A stretch of DNA of 64,000 nucleotides from an uncultured Fibrobacterota bacterium (GTDB taxonomy: Bacteria > Fibrobacterota > Chitinivibrionia > Chitinivibrionales > FEN-1185), in NCBI GenBank assembly GCA_963729895.1, contig CAVSQB010000030.1:1-64000 (forward strand), written 5' to 3'. Numbering within the stretch: position 1 is the stretch's first letter; each line of letters starts with the position of its first letter. Below the pieces are notes generated by a model. The model ran no database searches. It had not been told where the DNA came from and saw nothing but the letters and a program-made list of their open reading frames with translations. Position numbers and translations under genes: made by a program. Below are positions 27,530 through 37,066 of this stretch, piece by piece.

Positions 27530-28465
27530 CTACGCGAGGTCTTTTTTTGTGGGGAGCGATGAGACGGTGCCGCCCTTGATGCCCTTAAAAAGGGCCACGT
27601 TGTTGGCGAACTGAGCGGCCGTAAAGGGGTCGAATCCACGGGCTATGCTGTGTAAAAAACCGCCGTTGAACGCACTGCCGATGAGCGTAATGTCGGTGAC
27701 GGGTTCCCTGCCGGCCGCAGGCGGGAATTCCTCGATTTTGCCCTGGTAGCCGACAAGGCATCCCTTGTCCCCGTTCTTGACGGCCACGATCGAAACGCCG
27801 CGGTCCCACAAAAAACCGATAACGTCGAGCGGGCGCTCGTAACCGAACAAGGCCTTCGACTCGTCGGGCGCCGAGGGAAGCATCACGTCGACAAGCGGCA
27901 GAACGCTCCAGAGGCATTCTTTGGCGTCGTCGAGAGACCAGAGGCGCAGGCGGAGGTTGGGGTCGTACGCCACCATGATGTCCTTGATATGCGCGAGATG
28001 GAAGGCCTTGAATACCGTGTGCCGCGAAGCCTTCGAAACCGCCTGCAGCTCGCTTGACGCATAGACGATCTTGCTGTTTTCAATAAGATCGTCGTAGATG
28101 AGCGCCGGGGTAATCGACTGCGCCGCGCTGCCGGGCCGGTGAAACAGGTATTCGCGTTCCTCGCTGTTGCGGGGGCTGGTGAGGTAGATTCCGTTGTATC
28201 CCTGGCACGTGATGGCATGGTCGATGTTGATGCCCTGTCCGAGCAGCGATTCGCGGGCAAAGGAATGAAAGGGATCGCACGCGATCGCCGACACAAGCGA
28301 CACGGCCGACCCGAGCCGGGCGGCGGTCACCGCGGTCACGATGTCGCTGCCGCCGATCGCCTTCTGGTAATTTCCCGATACCGCGATGTCGCCGTCGCAA
28401 CGCAGTTCGACAAACGTTTCGCCGATCACAAGCAGATCGAAGTCGCGGATATAGGCAGGTTTCAT
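27530..28465 (-). CDS. PfkB/ribokinase-family (KdgK-like) protein with a degenerate catalytic motif
   Basis: IGE, GG..TA..AARLG, YDPNLR.RLW, VKNGDKG; but DITLIGSAF replaces DxTGAGDxF. Confidence 0.85.
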   Translation of the reverse strand: MKPAYIRDFDLLVIGETFVELRCDGDIAVSGNYQKAIGGSDIVTAVTAARLGSAVSLVSAIACDPFHSFARESLLGQGINIDHAITCQGYNGIYLTSPRNSEEREYLFHRPGSAAQSITPALIYDDLIENSKIVYASSELQAVSKASRHTVFKAFHLAHIKDIMVAYDPNLRLRLWSLDDAKECLWSVLPLVDVMLPSAPDESKALFGYERPLDVIGFLWDRGVSIVAVKNGDKGCLVGYQGKIEEFPPAAGREPVTDITLIGSAFNGGFLHSIARGFDPFTAAQFANNVALFKGIKGGTVSSLPTKKDLA

Positions 28466-28530
28466 GCGTCCCAGATTTCAGATTTGACAGGCGCCATTTG
28501 GGCCAACCTCACTATTGTCAAGTAAAAACT

Positions 28531-28875
28531 TCAAAACGGTGATTCCATAAGGCACCTGAGCGGGTCGCGCTTGTCGGAAGAGACTTCCGAAAACTCCACG
28601 CCGAACATGTACCGTTCGTCGATACGACACACCCATGCGACGGTGCCTTTGCACGAGCTCGTGCCGAACTGGTTGTGTATTTCCACGGAAATGTCCACGC
28701 CCGCCCGGACTTCCAGCAAACGGTTTTTGTCGTCCAGGGTGAACCGTGCCCCGATTTCCGAAAAGTCGAGCATGGATGCGGGATACTTCGTTCCATGGAT
28801 CACGAGCGCGGAGGGACACGAAACCTTGAGCGTTTTTCGCCCGGCGCGCCGCCGCTCGCTGGTTCTCGATCTCAT
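28531..28875 (-). CDS. Stand-alone PilZ domain protein
   Basis: RRRAGR and DFSEIG; ATG overlaps the upstream stop (ATGA). Confidence 0.85.
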   Translation of the reverse strand: MRSRTSERRRAGRKTLKVSCPSALVIHGTKYPASMLDFSEIGARFTLDDKNRLLEVRAGVDISVEIHNQFGTSSCKGTVAWVCRIDERYMFGVEFSEVSSDKRDPLRCLMESPF

Positions 28876-29876
28876 GATACGATTCCGTTGTGCGAGGTTT
28901 GCCGTCGAGCGTTCGGCGACCCGGGCCCTGCAGACGAAAAAAGTTCGACGAACCGATGAACCGTGCGCGCCACGTCGTCTTTTCTGGCCAGAGACCCGAT
29001 CCAGTGGCCGGGCAAAGATTCGAGTCCGTAAAGAAGGCCGGCCAGCCCGCCCGCAACCATGCCGGTGGTGTCGGTGTCCAGCCCAAGGTTGACGGCAGAG
29101 AGCAGAATGTCTTTGGTGTTGTCGTGCGCGAGCGTGCACCATATGGCCGCTTCCAAGGTATCCACAATATAGCCGGAGGAACGAATGTCGTCTTCCCGAA
29201 GGCCGGGCAGCTCGTGGGAAATAATGCGCATGAAATGCGGCAGTTCGCTTTTGCAGACCGGATCGGCGGAATAGAGATCGAGCGCCTGGGCAACCGCGTT
29301 GCGATACGCGGCTTCTTTGTCTTGGGTGACAAGCAGCTCCCGCACCAGGAGACAGTAGAACCCGCACCCGACTTTTGACCGGGGGTGGCCGTGCGTGATC
29401 GCCGAGATGTCGTGCACATGGCCCAGAAGCTCGGCGGGCGAGCACTCGTGAAAATACAGGGCTACCGGAAGCATGCGCATGAGCGATCCGTTGCCGTTGT
29501 CGTCTTCGGACGTGCAGCCGGAGACCCTGGCGCTTGCGCCGTCGTGATAGATCCTGTCGAGTGCGAGGTAGGTGGTGAGACCGGCATCAAACACAAAGCC
29601 GGTGGCGGTCCAGTAGGATTCGAACAGCCATTTGCAGAACAGCTTGCCCATGGAATCTATGTCGTAACCGTCCGCGAGGTTTTCCATGGTGCACAGGACG
29701 AGCGCGCTGTCGTCCGACCAGGTGCCTTCGGGCTGATCGTACCGGCCGTACCCGAGCATATTCTTGACAGAGCAGAGAGCCAGTTCCTGCCGCGTTGAAG
29801 ATTCCACGGGAACGCCGAGCGCGTCTCCGATGATCCCGGCGTACACCGCGGAGGTCATTTTTTCTTTGAGGTCCAT
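28872..29876 (-). CDS. ADP-ribosylglycohydrolase (ARH/DraG family)
   Basis: GDALGVPVE, WSDDS, GNGSLMR, ITHGHP, GLDTDT. Confidence 0.93.
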   Translation of the reverse strand: MDLKEKMTSAVYAGIIGDALGVPVESSTRQELALCSVKNMLGYGRYDQPEGTWSDDSALVLCTMENLADGYDIDSMGKLFCKWLFESYWTATGFVFDAGLTTYLALDRIYHDGASARVSGCTSEDDNGNGSLMRMLPVALYFHECSPAELLGHVHDISAITHGHPRSKVGCGFYCLLVRELLVTQDKEAAYRNAVAQALDLYSADPVCKSELPHFMRIISHELPGLREDDIRSSGYIVDTLEAAIWCTLAHDNTKDILLSAVNLGLDTDTTGMVAGGLAGLLYGLESLPGHWIGSLARKDDVARTVHRFVELFSSAGPGSPNARRQTSHNGIVS

Positions 29877-30052
29877 TTGTGATCAGGAAAATAACATTTT
29901 ATGGAAAGGCGGGTTATATCTTTTTTACCTTCCGAATCGGAAGAAAGCTGTTTTCCAAATGTAGGGTTGTCGTGAGCTCAGGCAAATCATCCAAAACCTG
30001 CGCGAGAAAAGGCTTTCGGAAACAGGGAAAAGCATGCATACCATTTCATCCT

Positions 30053-30082
30053 TTGACATGGTGCACAGGAAAGACGTATTTT
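30053..30082 (+). promoter_or_regulatory. Putative sigma70-type promoter for cmk-rpsA
   Basis: TTGACA-N18-TATTTT. Confidence 0.55.
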
Positions 30083-30102
30083 AGGAAATTCTAAAAACAC
30101 TC

Positions 30103-30819
30103 ATGCCCGAACTCAAATCCGAACATTCGATAACCATAACGATTGACGGCCCGGCAGGATCGGGAAAAAGCTCGACCGCGAGGCGCGTGGCGGAGAGACT
30201 GGGAATCCTGCACCTTGACACAGGCGCAATGTACAGGGCTATTACGCTCAAGTGCCTGCGCCACGGCATTCCGTACCGGGACCGCGGGAAGATTGCCGAA
30301 TTGCTGAAGGAAACCGACATTTGGTTTACCGGGGCGCCGGGAACGATGCGGGTCTGGATGGACGGCGAAGACGTGAGCGCCGCGATTCGCAGCGACGAAG
30401 TGACGAAAAACGTTTCCGATTACTGCGCAGTGCCCCTGGTACGCGCCGTGCTTGTGGGCCTGCAACGGAAAATGGGAAGCGGGCAATCGGTGGTGTGTGA
30501 AGGAAGGGACATCGGCACCGTAGTGTTCCCGAAGGCGCAGCTGAAGTTCTATATGGTCGCCTCCGAAGAGGAACGTGCAAAACGCAGGCAGAAAGATTTC
30601 GCGTCAATGGGGATTCACAAAGGTGTAAGCGAGCTCATCGCCGAACTTCGCGAGCGCGACCGCAAGGATTCGACAAGGGACAACAGTCCGCTTTGCAAGG
30701 CGGAAGACGCAGAGGAGATGGACACCACCGCCCTGACGCTCGACCAACAGGTGGCGCATATAGTGGACAAGGCGAGAAAGCTTATGAAGGACCCGGTTCG
30801 CGGGGCAATTGTCTCATAA
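30103..30819 (+). CDS. cmk: Cytidylate kinase
   Basis: IDGPAGSGKS, DTGAMYRA, EGRDIGTVVFP. Confidence 0.96.
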   Translation: MPELKSEHSITITIDGPAGSGKSSTARRVAERLGILHLDTGAMYRAITLKCLRHGIPYRDRGKIAELLKETDIWFTGAPGTMRVWMDGEDVSAAIRSDEVTKNVSDYCAVPLVRAVLVGLQRKMGSGQSVVCEGRDIGTVVFPKAQLKFYMVASEEERAKRRQKDFASMGIHKGVSELIAELRERDRKDSTRDNSPLCKAEDAEEMDTTALTLDQQVAHIVDKARKLMKDPVRGAIVS

Positions 30820-30860
30820 ACAAAACAAAATAACCTTAACCCAATTTTTCAGGAGTGTGT

Positions 30861-32693
30861 ATGTCCGAGTCCGCAGTCAAAGCACAAAAGGGCCAGTCGG
30901 CCGTTGACGCACAGGGGAACAGCGTCGATCTATCGGATTTCGAGGAGAGTTATTACAAGGCCGACGAAGTCCAGACCACCCTCGAACAGTACAGACAGTC
31001 GCTCGAAGGCATCGAAGAAGGAAAGGTGGTTAAGGGACGCATCCTCAAGATCACCGACAAGGAAGTTTTCGTAGACGTAAACTTCAAATCCGAAGGCATT
31101 ATTCCCCTTGGCGAATTCAAAGACGTCGCCGCTTACAAAGTAGGGGACGAAATAGACGTTTTTCTGGAACAGGTTGAAGACAGCGAAGGACAGCTCATTC
31201 TTTCCAAGTCGCGCGCAGATTTCCTGCGCGTCTGGGACCGCATATATCAGGCGTTTGAGAAACAGGAGACGGTGGAAGGCCGCATTCTGCGCAGGATCAA
31301 GGGAGGCGTTGTCGTGGACCTGTTCGGCGTGGACGCATTTCTGCCCGGTTCGCAAATCGATCTTCGCCAGATTCCGGACATGGACTCCCTCATCAACAAG
31401 ACGTTCAAATTCCGTGTTATCAAGGTCAACAAGGCCCGGCGCAACATTGTGGTGTCCCGGCGCGTGATTCTCGAAGAGGACCGTAACCAGCAGCGGGAAA
31501 AGATCCTTGCCGAATTGGAAAAGGGCCAGATCCGCGAAGGGGCCGTGAAGAACATCACCGATTTCGGCGCCTTTATCGATCTGGGCGGCGTGGACGGCCT
31601 GCTGCACATTACCGACATGTCGTGGGGACGCGTCAACCATCCATCGGAGATCGTGGCGCTCGGCGACAAGGTGAAAGTCAAGGTACTCGATTTCAACGAA
31701 AACAAAGAGCGTATTTCCCTTGGTCTCAAACAGCTTACCGAGCATCCATGGAAGGGCATCGAGGACAAATTCCCCGAAGGTTCTCGCGTTCGCGGCAAGA
31801 TCGTGTCCATCACCGACTACGGCGCGTTCATGGAACTGGAAAAAGGGATCGAAGGCCTTATCCACATTTCCGAAATGTCGTGGACGCAGCACATCAAGCA
31901 CCCGTCGAAAATCGTGGGAATCGGCGACATTGTTGAGGCCGCGGTTCTCAAGGTTGATAAGGAGAACCAGAAGATATCGCTCGGGTTCAAACAGCTTGAG
32001 CCCGATCCGTGGAGCAACGTGACCGCCGAATTCCCGTTAGGCAGCGTGGCAAAAGGCAAAGTGAGAAACATCGCTGCGTTCGGAGCGTTTGTGGAACTCA
32101 AGGAAGGCGTCGACGGCCTTGTTCACATTTCCGATATGTCGTGGACAAAGAAGGTAAACCATCCCGGAGAGCTGTTGCGCAAGGGCGACACCGTCGACGT
32201 GAAGGTGCTTGATATCGACGTCGAAAAGCGCAGGATTTCCCTCGGCATAAAGCAGCTCTCCGAGGATCCTTGGGCCGACCTTGCCAAAGAGTACGGTGTC
32301 GGCACCGAGGCTGAAGCCGAAGTGGCGCGCATTCTGGACCGCGGCATGATCGTAAATCTGTCGGCAACGGTGGAAGGGTTCATTCCGCTCAACCAGCTCG
32401 GCCAGAGCGTCAACCATCCTTCCGAGGTATACAAAGTGGGCGACAAGGTCCCTGCCAAGGTCGTTGAATTCGACATGGAGGGCAGAAAGATCATTCTCAG
32501 CATATCCGATTATTTCAAGGACAAAGAGGAATCTTTGTGGAAGGACTACGAGGCTGCGCACGTGCCGAAAAAAATCGTCAAGGCCGAAAAAGCCGAAGTC
32601 CATTCCAAGGCTGGCGAAGAGGGCGAGAAGGTTGAGAAAAAGCCCAAGGAAAAGGAAGAGAAGGCGGAGAACGAAGAAAAGGTCCCGGAATAA
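30861..32693 (+). CDS. rpsA: 30S ribosomal protein S1
   Basis: Six S1 repeats (FGAFIDLGGVDGLLHITDMSW etc.); follows cmk. Confidence 0.97.
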   Translation: MSESAVKAQKGQSAVDAQGNSVDLSDFEESYYKADEVQTTLEQYRQSLEGIEEGKVVKGRILKITDKEVFVDVNFKSEGIIPLGEFKDVAAYKVGDEIDVFLEQVEDSEGQLILSKSRADFLRVWDRIYQAFEKQETVEGRILRRIKGGVVVDLFGVDAFLPGSQIDLRQIPDMDSLINKTFKFRVIKVNKARRNIVVSRRVILEEDRNQQREKILAELEKGQIREGAVKNITDFGAFIDLGGVDGLLHITDMSWGRVNHPSEIVALGDKVKVKVLDFNENKERISLGLKQLTEHPWKGIEDKFPEGSRVRGKIVSITDYGAFMELEKGIEGLIHISEMSWTQHIKHPSKIVGIGDIVEAAVLKVDKENQKISLGFKQLEPDPWSNVTAEFPLGSVAKGKVRNIAAFGAFVELKEGVDGLVHISDMSWTKKVNHPGELLRKGDTVDVKVLDIDVEKRRISLGIKQLSEDPWADLAKEYGVGTEAEAEVARILDRGMIVNLSATVEGFIPLNQLGQSVNHPSEVYKVGDKVPAKVVEFDMEGRKIILSISDYFKDKEESLWKDYEAAHVPKKIVKAEKAEVHSKAGEEGEKVEKKPKEKEEKAENEEKVPE

Positions 32694-32725
32694 TTTCTCG
32701 CAGTGCCGGTTTGAGTGAATGTGCG

Positions 32726-32767
32726 GAGCGACGGCGGGACGATGAGTTCCGCCGTCGCTCTTGTTTT
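32726..32767 (+). terminator. Intrinsic terminator after rpsA
   Basis: GAGCGACGGCGGGAC / GTTCCGCCGTCGCTC stem followed by TTGTTTT. Confidence 0.8.
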
Positions 32768-32792
32768 AGCGGAGTGGCTTCACCGCAGGCGC

Positions 32793-33992
32793 CTACTGGA
32801 TCGCGCCGACCAGGTTGAAAATCGGAAGGTACATGGCAATAAGCATTCCGCCGCAAACCACGCCCATCACCACGATCATGATCGGCTCGATTATCGATGT
32901 AAGGGCGGAAACGGCTGCCTCCACTTCCTCATTGTAAAATTCCGATACTTTTGCAAGCATGCCCGAAAGATCGCCGGTTTTCTCGCCAACCGCAATCATT
33001 TGGATGACCATGGGCGGGAAAACCCCCGTTTCCCTCAACGGTTCCGCAATCGTGAGACCGCCGGAAATTCGTTCGGTGGTGCGAACAAGACCCTTTTCAA
33101 GCACTCTGTTGCCGGCGGTCTTGGCGGTAATCCGCAGGGCTTCCAGAATGGTAACGCCGCTGGTTAGTAACGTCGAAAGGGTCTGCGAAAATCTGCTTAT
33201 GGAGGTCTTTCTCTCCAGATCGCCAAAAATGGGAATACGCAGCTTCAGCGCGTCGATGTTGTATCTCCCGCTGTCCGTCCTGTAATACATGACCAGAGCT
33301 ACCGCGGCTCCAACCGTACCCAGTAAAATCAAGGGAAGAAAATGGCGGAAGAAATTTGAGATTCCCATTACGATTCTTGTAGGCAGGGGTAATTCACCGC
33401 CCAGGTCGATGAACATCTGCGCAAACGTCGGGATAATAAAGGTGAGCATCACCGCGGTCATTCCGACGGCAATCAACGCCACAATGGCGGGGTAGGTGAG
33501 GGCGCCCACGACCTTACGCTTCAATTTGTCCGCACTTTCCTGGTATTGCGCGAGGCGGTTGAGCACCCCGTCAAGGTTGCCCGACGCTTCGCCTGCCGAA
33601 ACCATGTTGCAATATAGTGAGTTAAAAATTTGAGGATGCTTGGAAAGCGCCTCGGCGAGGCTGCTTCCTACCTGGATATCCGATGATACCTGTTGGATTT
33701 TCTGCGAAAAGGTTTTGTTCTCGGTCTGGGACACCAGAATGTCGAGACATTGGACAAGGGGAAGGCCCGACGAGGTCATCGCGGCCAACTGCCGCGTAAA
33801 TCGACTGAGATCCTGCAGTTTTACCTGCGAGAACGTCGGAAGGGCAAACGACGCCTGTTTTGGCCGTATGGAAACGGCCCGTACTTTCTTTTTGCGCAAC
33901 AGGCCGATAACTTCGTTCTTGCTGGCCGCCTGCACTTCGCCTTTCACCTGCTGGCCGTTGGAAGAAACTCCAACATAGACAAATCGTGGCAT
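32793..33992 (-). CDS. pilC: Type IV pilus assembly platform protein (GspF/PilC family)
   Basis: FTRQLAAM..GLPL, GEASGNL, ALTYP, GEKTGDL, AMYLPIF. Confidence 0.92.
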   Translation of the reverse strand: MPRFVYVGVSSNGQQVKGEVQAASKNEVIGLLRKKKVRAVSIRPKQASFALPTFSQVKLQDLSRFTRQLAAMTSSGLPLVQCLDILVSQTENKTFSQKIQQVSSDIQVGSSLAEALSKHPQIFNSLYCNMVSAGEASGNLDGVLNRLAQYQESADKLKRKVVGALTYPAIVALIAVGMTAVMLTFIIPTFAQMFIDLGGELPLPTRIVMGISNFFRHFLPLILLGTVGAAVALVMYYRTDSGRYNIDALKLRIPIFGDLERKTSISRFSQTLSTLLTSGVTILEALRITAKTAGNRVLEKGLVRTTERISGGLTIAEPLRETGVFPPMVIQMIAVGEKTGDLSGMLAKVSEFYNEEVEAAVSALTSIIEPIMIVVMGVVCGGMLIAMYLPIFNLVGAIQ

Positions 33993-34052
33993 TGTAAGCT
34001 CCAAAGTCTTTATGTCAAAAGAGTTCCGCTTCGCAGTGGGCGATGCTGTACT

Positions 34053-35108
34053 TTACCCGCCGAGAAGTTTCTGCAGCCCCTCCGGGTCAGGCGTGCTGCC
34101 CAGGGCGTCCTTCATGGATATGTGCCCCTTGCTGAACAGTCGCGCAAGGTCCTGGTTCATTGTCTGCATCCCGTATTTCTGTCCGATTTCCAGCATTCCC
34201 TGCATCTGGTGCACCTTGTCGTCGCGAATGAGAGAACGGATTGCCGTGTTTGCGACCAGCACTTCGGCCGCGACAGCGCGTCCTCCGCCGATTTTTGGAA
34301 CAAGGGTTTGGCTTACCACGGCCTCGAGCACCATGGCGAGCTGGGCACGGATTGTTGATTTCTGCTCTGCCGGAAACACATCGATGATACGGTTAATGGA
34401 TTTAGTGGCCGAATTCGTGTGGAGCGTCGCAAGCGTGAGGTGGCCCGTTTCCGCAATAGAAAGCGCAGCCTGGATGGTTTCCAGGTCGCGCATTTCGCCG
34501 ATGAGCACAACGTCGGGGTCTTGCCGCAGAGCAACGCGAAGCGCGCTGCCGAAGGTTTCTGTGTCCTGGTGCACCTCGCGCTGGTTCACGATGCATTTCT
34601 TGTGCTGGTGAACGAATTCTATGGGGTCTTCGACGGTAAGGATGTGGCCTTCGAGCTCGAGATTGATTTTGTCAACCATGGCCGCCAACGTGGTGCTCTT
34701 GCCGCTGCCGGTGGGGCCGGTTACAAGAATGAGACCGTTGGGCTTCTCGGTAAGTTTGCCCACGATGGTAGGCAGGCCGAGCTTCTCAAGAGGCTGAATC
34801 AGATATGGTATCTGCCTGAACGCTCCGGAGGCGCAGCCGCGCTGGAGAAACACGTTTGCCCGGAATCGGGAAAGGTTCTGTACGCCAAAGGAAAAATCGA
34901 CTTCTTTTTTTTGTTCAAAGATTTTCTTCTGCTGCTCGGTCATCACACTGTAGGCAAGCTTAAGGATCTGGTCGGCGTTGAGTTTGTCTGCGCTCATGGG
35001 CCTTAGTCTGCCGTCGACCCGGAACAGGGGAGACGATCCGGCGGTGAGATGAAGGTCCGACGCAAACAAGTCGATCATCTGCTTGAGCAATTCATGCATT
35101 GTTGCCAT
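34053..35108 (-). CDS. pilT: Type IV pilus retraction ATPase
   Basis: GPTGSGKSTT, EDPIE, LRQDPDVVLIGEMRD, AIRSLIRD. Confidence 0.95.
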   Translation of the reverse strand: MATMHELLKQMIDLFASDLHLTAGSSPLFRVDGRLRPMSADKLNADQILKLAYSVMTEQQKKIFEQKKEVDFSFGVQNLSRFRANVFLQRGCASGAFRQIPYLIQPLEKLGLPTIVGKLTEKPNGLILVTGPTGSGKSTTLAAMVDKINLELEGHILTVEDPIEFVHQHKKCIVNQREVHQDTETFGSALRVALRQDPDVVLIGEMRDLETIQAALSIAETGHLTLATLHTNSATKSINRIIDVFPAEQKSTIRAQLAMVLEAVVSQTLVPKIGGGRAVAAEVLVANTAIRSLIRDDKVHQMQGMLEIGQKYGMQTMNQDLARLFSKGHISMKDALGSTPDPEGLQKLLGG

Positions 35109-35256
35109 AGAGTTATGAAATTACTTCCGAGAATGTGAGAAATAAACAACTTTGCGCTTTTTGTTGAAACAGGTGGTCTTGCTTCTACAAAAAGATGATA
35201 CCGTGATCACCGTCGTTTTGCAAGAGTTTTGGTTTTGGAACATTGGCAGGACGTGC

Positions 35257-35285
35257 TTGACTTGCCGATCAGGCGGATTTATTAT
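35257..35285 (+). promoter_or_regulatory. Putative sigma70-type promoter of the SPOR gene
   Basis: TTGACT-N17-TATTAT. Confidence 0.55.
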
Positions 35286-35365
35286 TACAAGGTTACCATT
35301 TTCGTGCGGCTGCAGACTGCGGCGGCATTCCTCTATTTTGTTAAAGAAGAAAGGTGCACTGCTCC

Positions 35366-35872
35366 ATGTCCGCAAAGTACTTCCGTCATTCGTGTGTCGC
35401 TATGATACTCATTATCATGAATTCGAATTATGCGATGTCGAAACGGCCGCAGGACGGCGAAACACAGGGACACAAGATCGTGCTTGCCCTTAATGACAAG
35501 CCCGGCGGCAAAACATTTCTCGACACGCTGAATATGGGCAGGGAAATGTATCTTACGGACAGGGATTTCAATCCGATAATGGCCGAGACAACAGAGATTG
35601 TGAATGACAAAGGCGGAAAGTTGGAAGTGCCGGACGGGTTCCGCATCCAATGTTTCGCATCGAGCCAGATAGAGCGGGTGCGCGCCGAACAAAAAGTCAT
35701 CGAATCCAAAGCGCATTATCCGGTATACATTGTCTTTGCTTCACCGTACTACAAGCTGCTCGTGGGTGATTTTGTCAAACGGGCGGATGCCGACGTCGCG
35801 GCAGGCAGAATGAAAGAACTTGGCTACGCCGATTCGTGGGTGATGCGAACAAAAATATGGGCAAAACCGTGA
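35366..35872 (+). CDS. SPOR domain (peptidoglycan-binding) protein
   Basis: GFRIQ..PYYKLLVGDF..GY.DSWV; start uncertain. Confidence 0.8.
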   Translation: MSAKYFRHSCVAMILIIMNSNYAMSKRPQDGETQGHKIVLALNDKPGGKTFLDTLNMGREMYLTDRDFNPIMAETTEIVNDKGGKLEVPDGFRIQCFASSQIERVRAEQKVIESKAHYPVYIVFASPYYKLLVGDFVKRADADVAAGRMKELGYADSWVMRTKIWAKP

Positions 35873-35906
35873 TCGGTGATGCAAGCCGGACTCAATGAGC
35901 GGTCGC

Positions 35907-36470
35907 TCACTCCTTTTTTAAATCAACGGTAATGATTCCCCGGGAAGAAGCATCCGCCGGAGGCAAGACCTTTTTGCCTTGCTTGACGGTCTGTTTTGAG
36001 GTGTCAATTGTGAGTTTGGCTCCATCGACCAAGGACGCATTGGAAGCAACGGCCGAAGGTGCGGTCTGAGGAACAGCGGAGCTTCTTACAGAATTCGCAG
36101 CATAGGTTGAGGAGGTCTTGGCTTGGTAGAACGCGAATGCAAAGTAGGCTCCAGCGCTCACGCCGAGGGCGAAAATAAGGGCGGACAATGCTGCGCGTTT
36201 CACCCATACCAGGGACAAAAGGAGGCCGATTCCCGTGGGAACCATGCGTCTGGAACAGAGAGATAGTATTCTTGCGTCGAGGTGGCCGGGAGTTTTTTCG
36301 CAGAGGATGTCTTGGGTAAAGAACTGTCCCTTTTCGGCTGTGTACTGGGAAAGTTCGCCGGTGCATGATTGGCAGGAGGCAAGGTGCTTCGTGAATTCTG
36401 TTGTCTGGGACCGGTCCAGCTCTCCGGACGCGAACAACAAACCGATTTCGTCCCACTTACTGCAATCCAT
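35907..36470 (-). CDS. Zinc-finger (zf-HC2) membrane anti-sigma factor
   Basis: HLASCQSC (HxxxCxxC), one TM segment, overlaps the sigma gene. Confidence 0.85.
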   Translation of the reverse strand: MDCSKWDEIGLLFASGELDRSQTTEFTKHLASCQSCTGELSQYTAEKGQFFTQDILCEKTPGHLDARILSLCSRRMVPTGIGLLLSLVWVKRAALSALIFALGVSAGAYFAFAFYQAKTSSTYAANSVRSSAVPQTAPSAVASNASLVDGAKLTIDTSKQTVKQGKKVLPPADASSRGIITVDLKKE

Positions 36471-37020
36471 GAATACCCCTTTTTTTAAGTTCTTTCCTGA
36501 TATTTTTCAAAGCAAGCCGCATTCTGCCCAGTGCGGTGTTGATGGGGCAGTTCATTATTTGCGCTATGTCTTTGAAAGGCACATCGCCTAACTCCCGGAG
36601 AAGAAACACTTCCCGCTGCATCGGCTCAAGCGTATTTACCGCTTCGTTGATAACGGCATTGAGCTGCTTGTTCGACAGACCCATGTCCGGAAGATCCGGC
36701 CCTTTTCCCAAAGATCTATCGGTATCGAGAAGATGCTCATTTTCAACTTTCACATGCCGGAAGTAGTCGATGGTGCGTTTATGCGCAATCCCGAAAATCC
36801 AACTGAGAAAATTCCGCTCCCGGTCGAACTGCTGAGCGTTGCGCATTGCTGCCAGAAAGGTGTCTTGCAAAAGGTCTTCCGCAATTTCTCTCTCCCCGGT
36901 CATCCTCACCAGAAAACCGAATACCCGGTTCTTATACCGTTCGTAGAGCGCGGAAAACCCCGCTATATCACCTTTCATCCAATTATCAAAGAGAACATAA
37001 TCATCCAGTAAACTATCCAT
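36457..37020 (-). CDS. ECF RNA polymerase sigma factor
   Basis: AEDLLQDTF, FLSWIFGIA, QREVFLLR..FKDIA..INTALGRMR. Confidence 0.93.
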   Translation of the reverse strand: MDSLLDDYVLFDNWMKGDIAGFSALYERYKNRVFGFLVRMTGEREIAEDLLQDTFLAAMRNAQQFDRERNFLSWIFGIAHKRTIDYFRHVKVENEHLLDTDRSLGKGPDLPDMGLSNKQLNAVINEAVNTLEPMQREVFLLRELGDVPFKDIAQIMNCPINTALGRMRLALKNIRKELKKRGIHGLQ

Positions 37021-37066
37021 AAATACGTTCGTTGCAAAAAAAATATTGCATTCTATTTTAAGGTTT

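Noticed and set aside
35243..35258. Sigma54 promoter (TGGCA..TGC)
   Set aside because: GG and GC are 8 nt apart instead of 10; an overlapping sigma70 match fits better.
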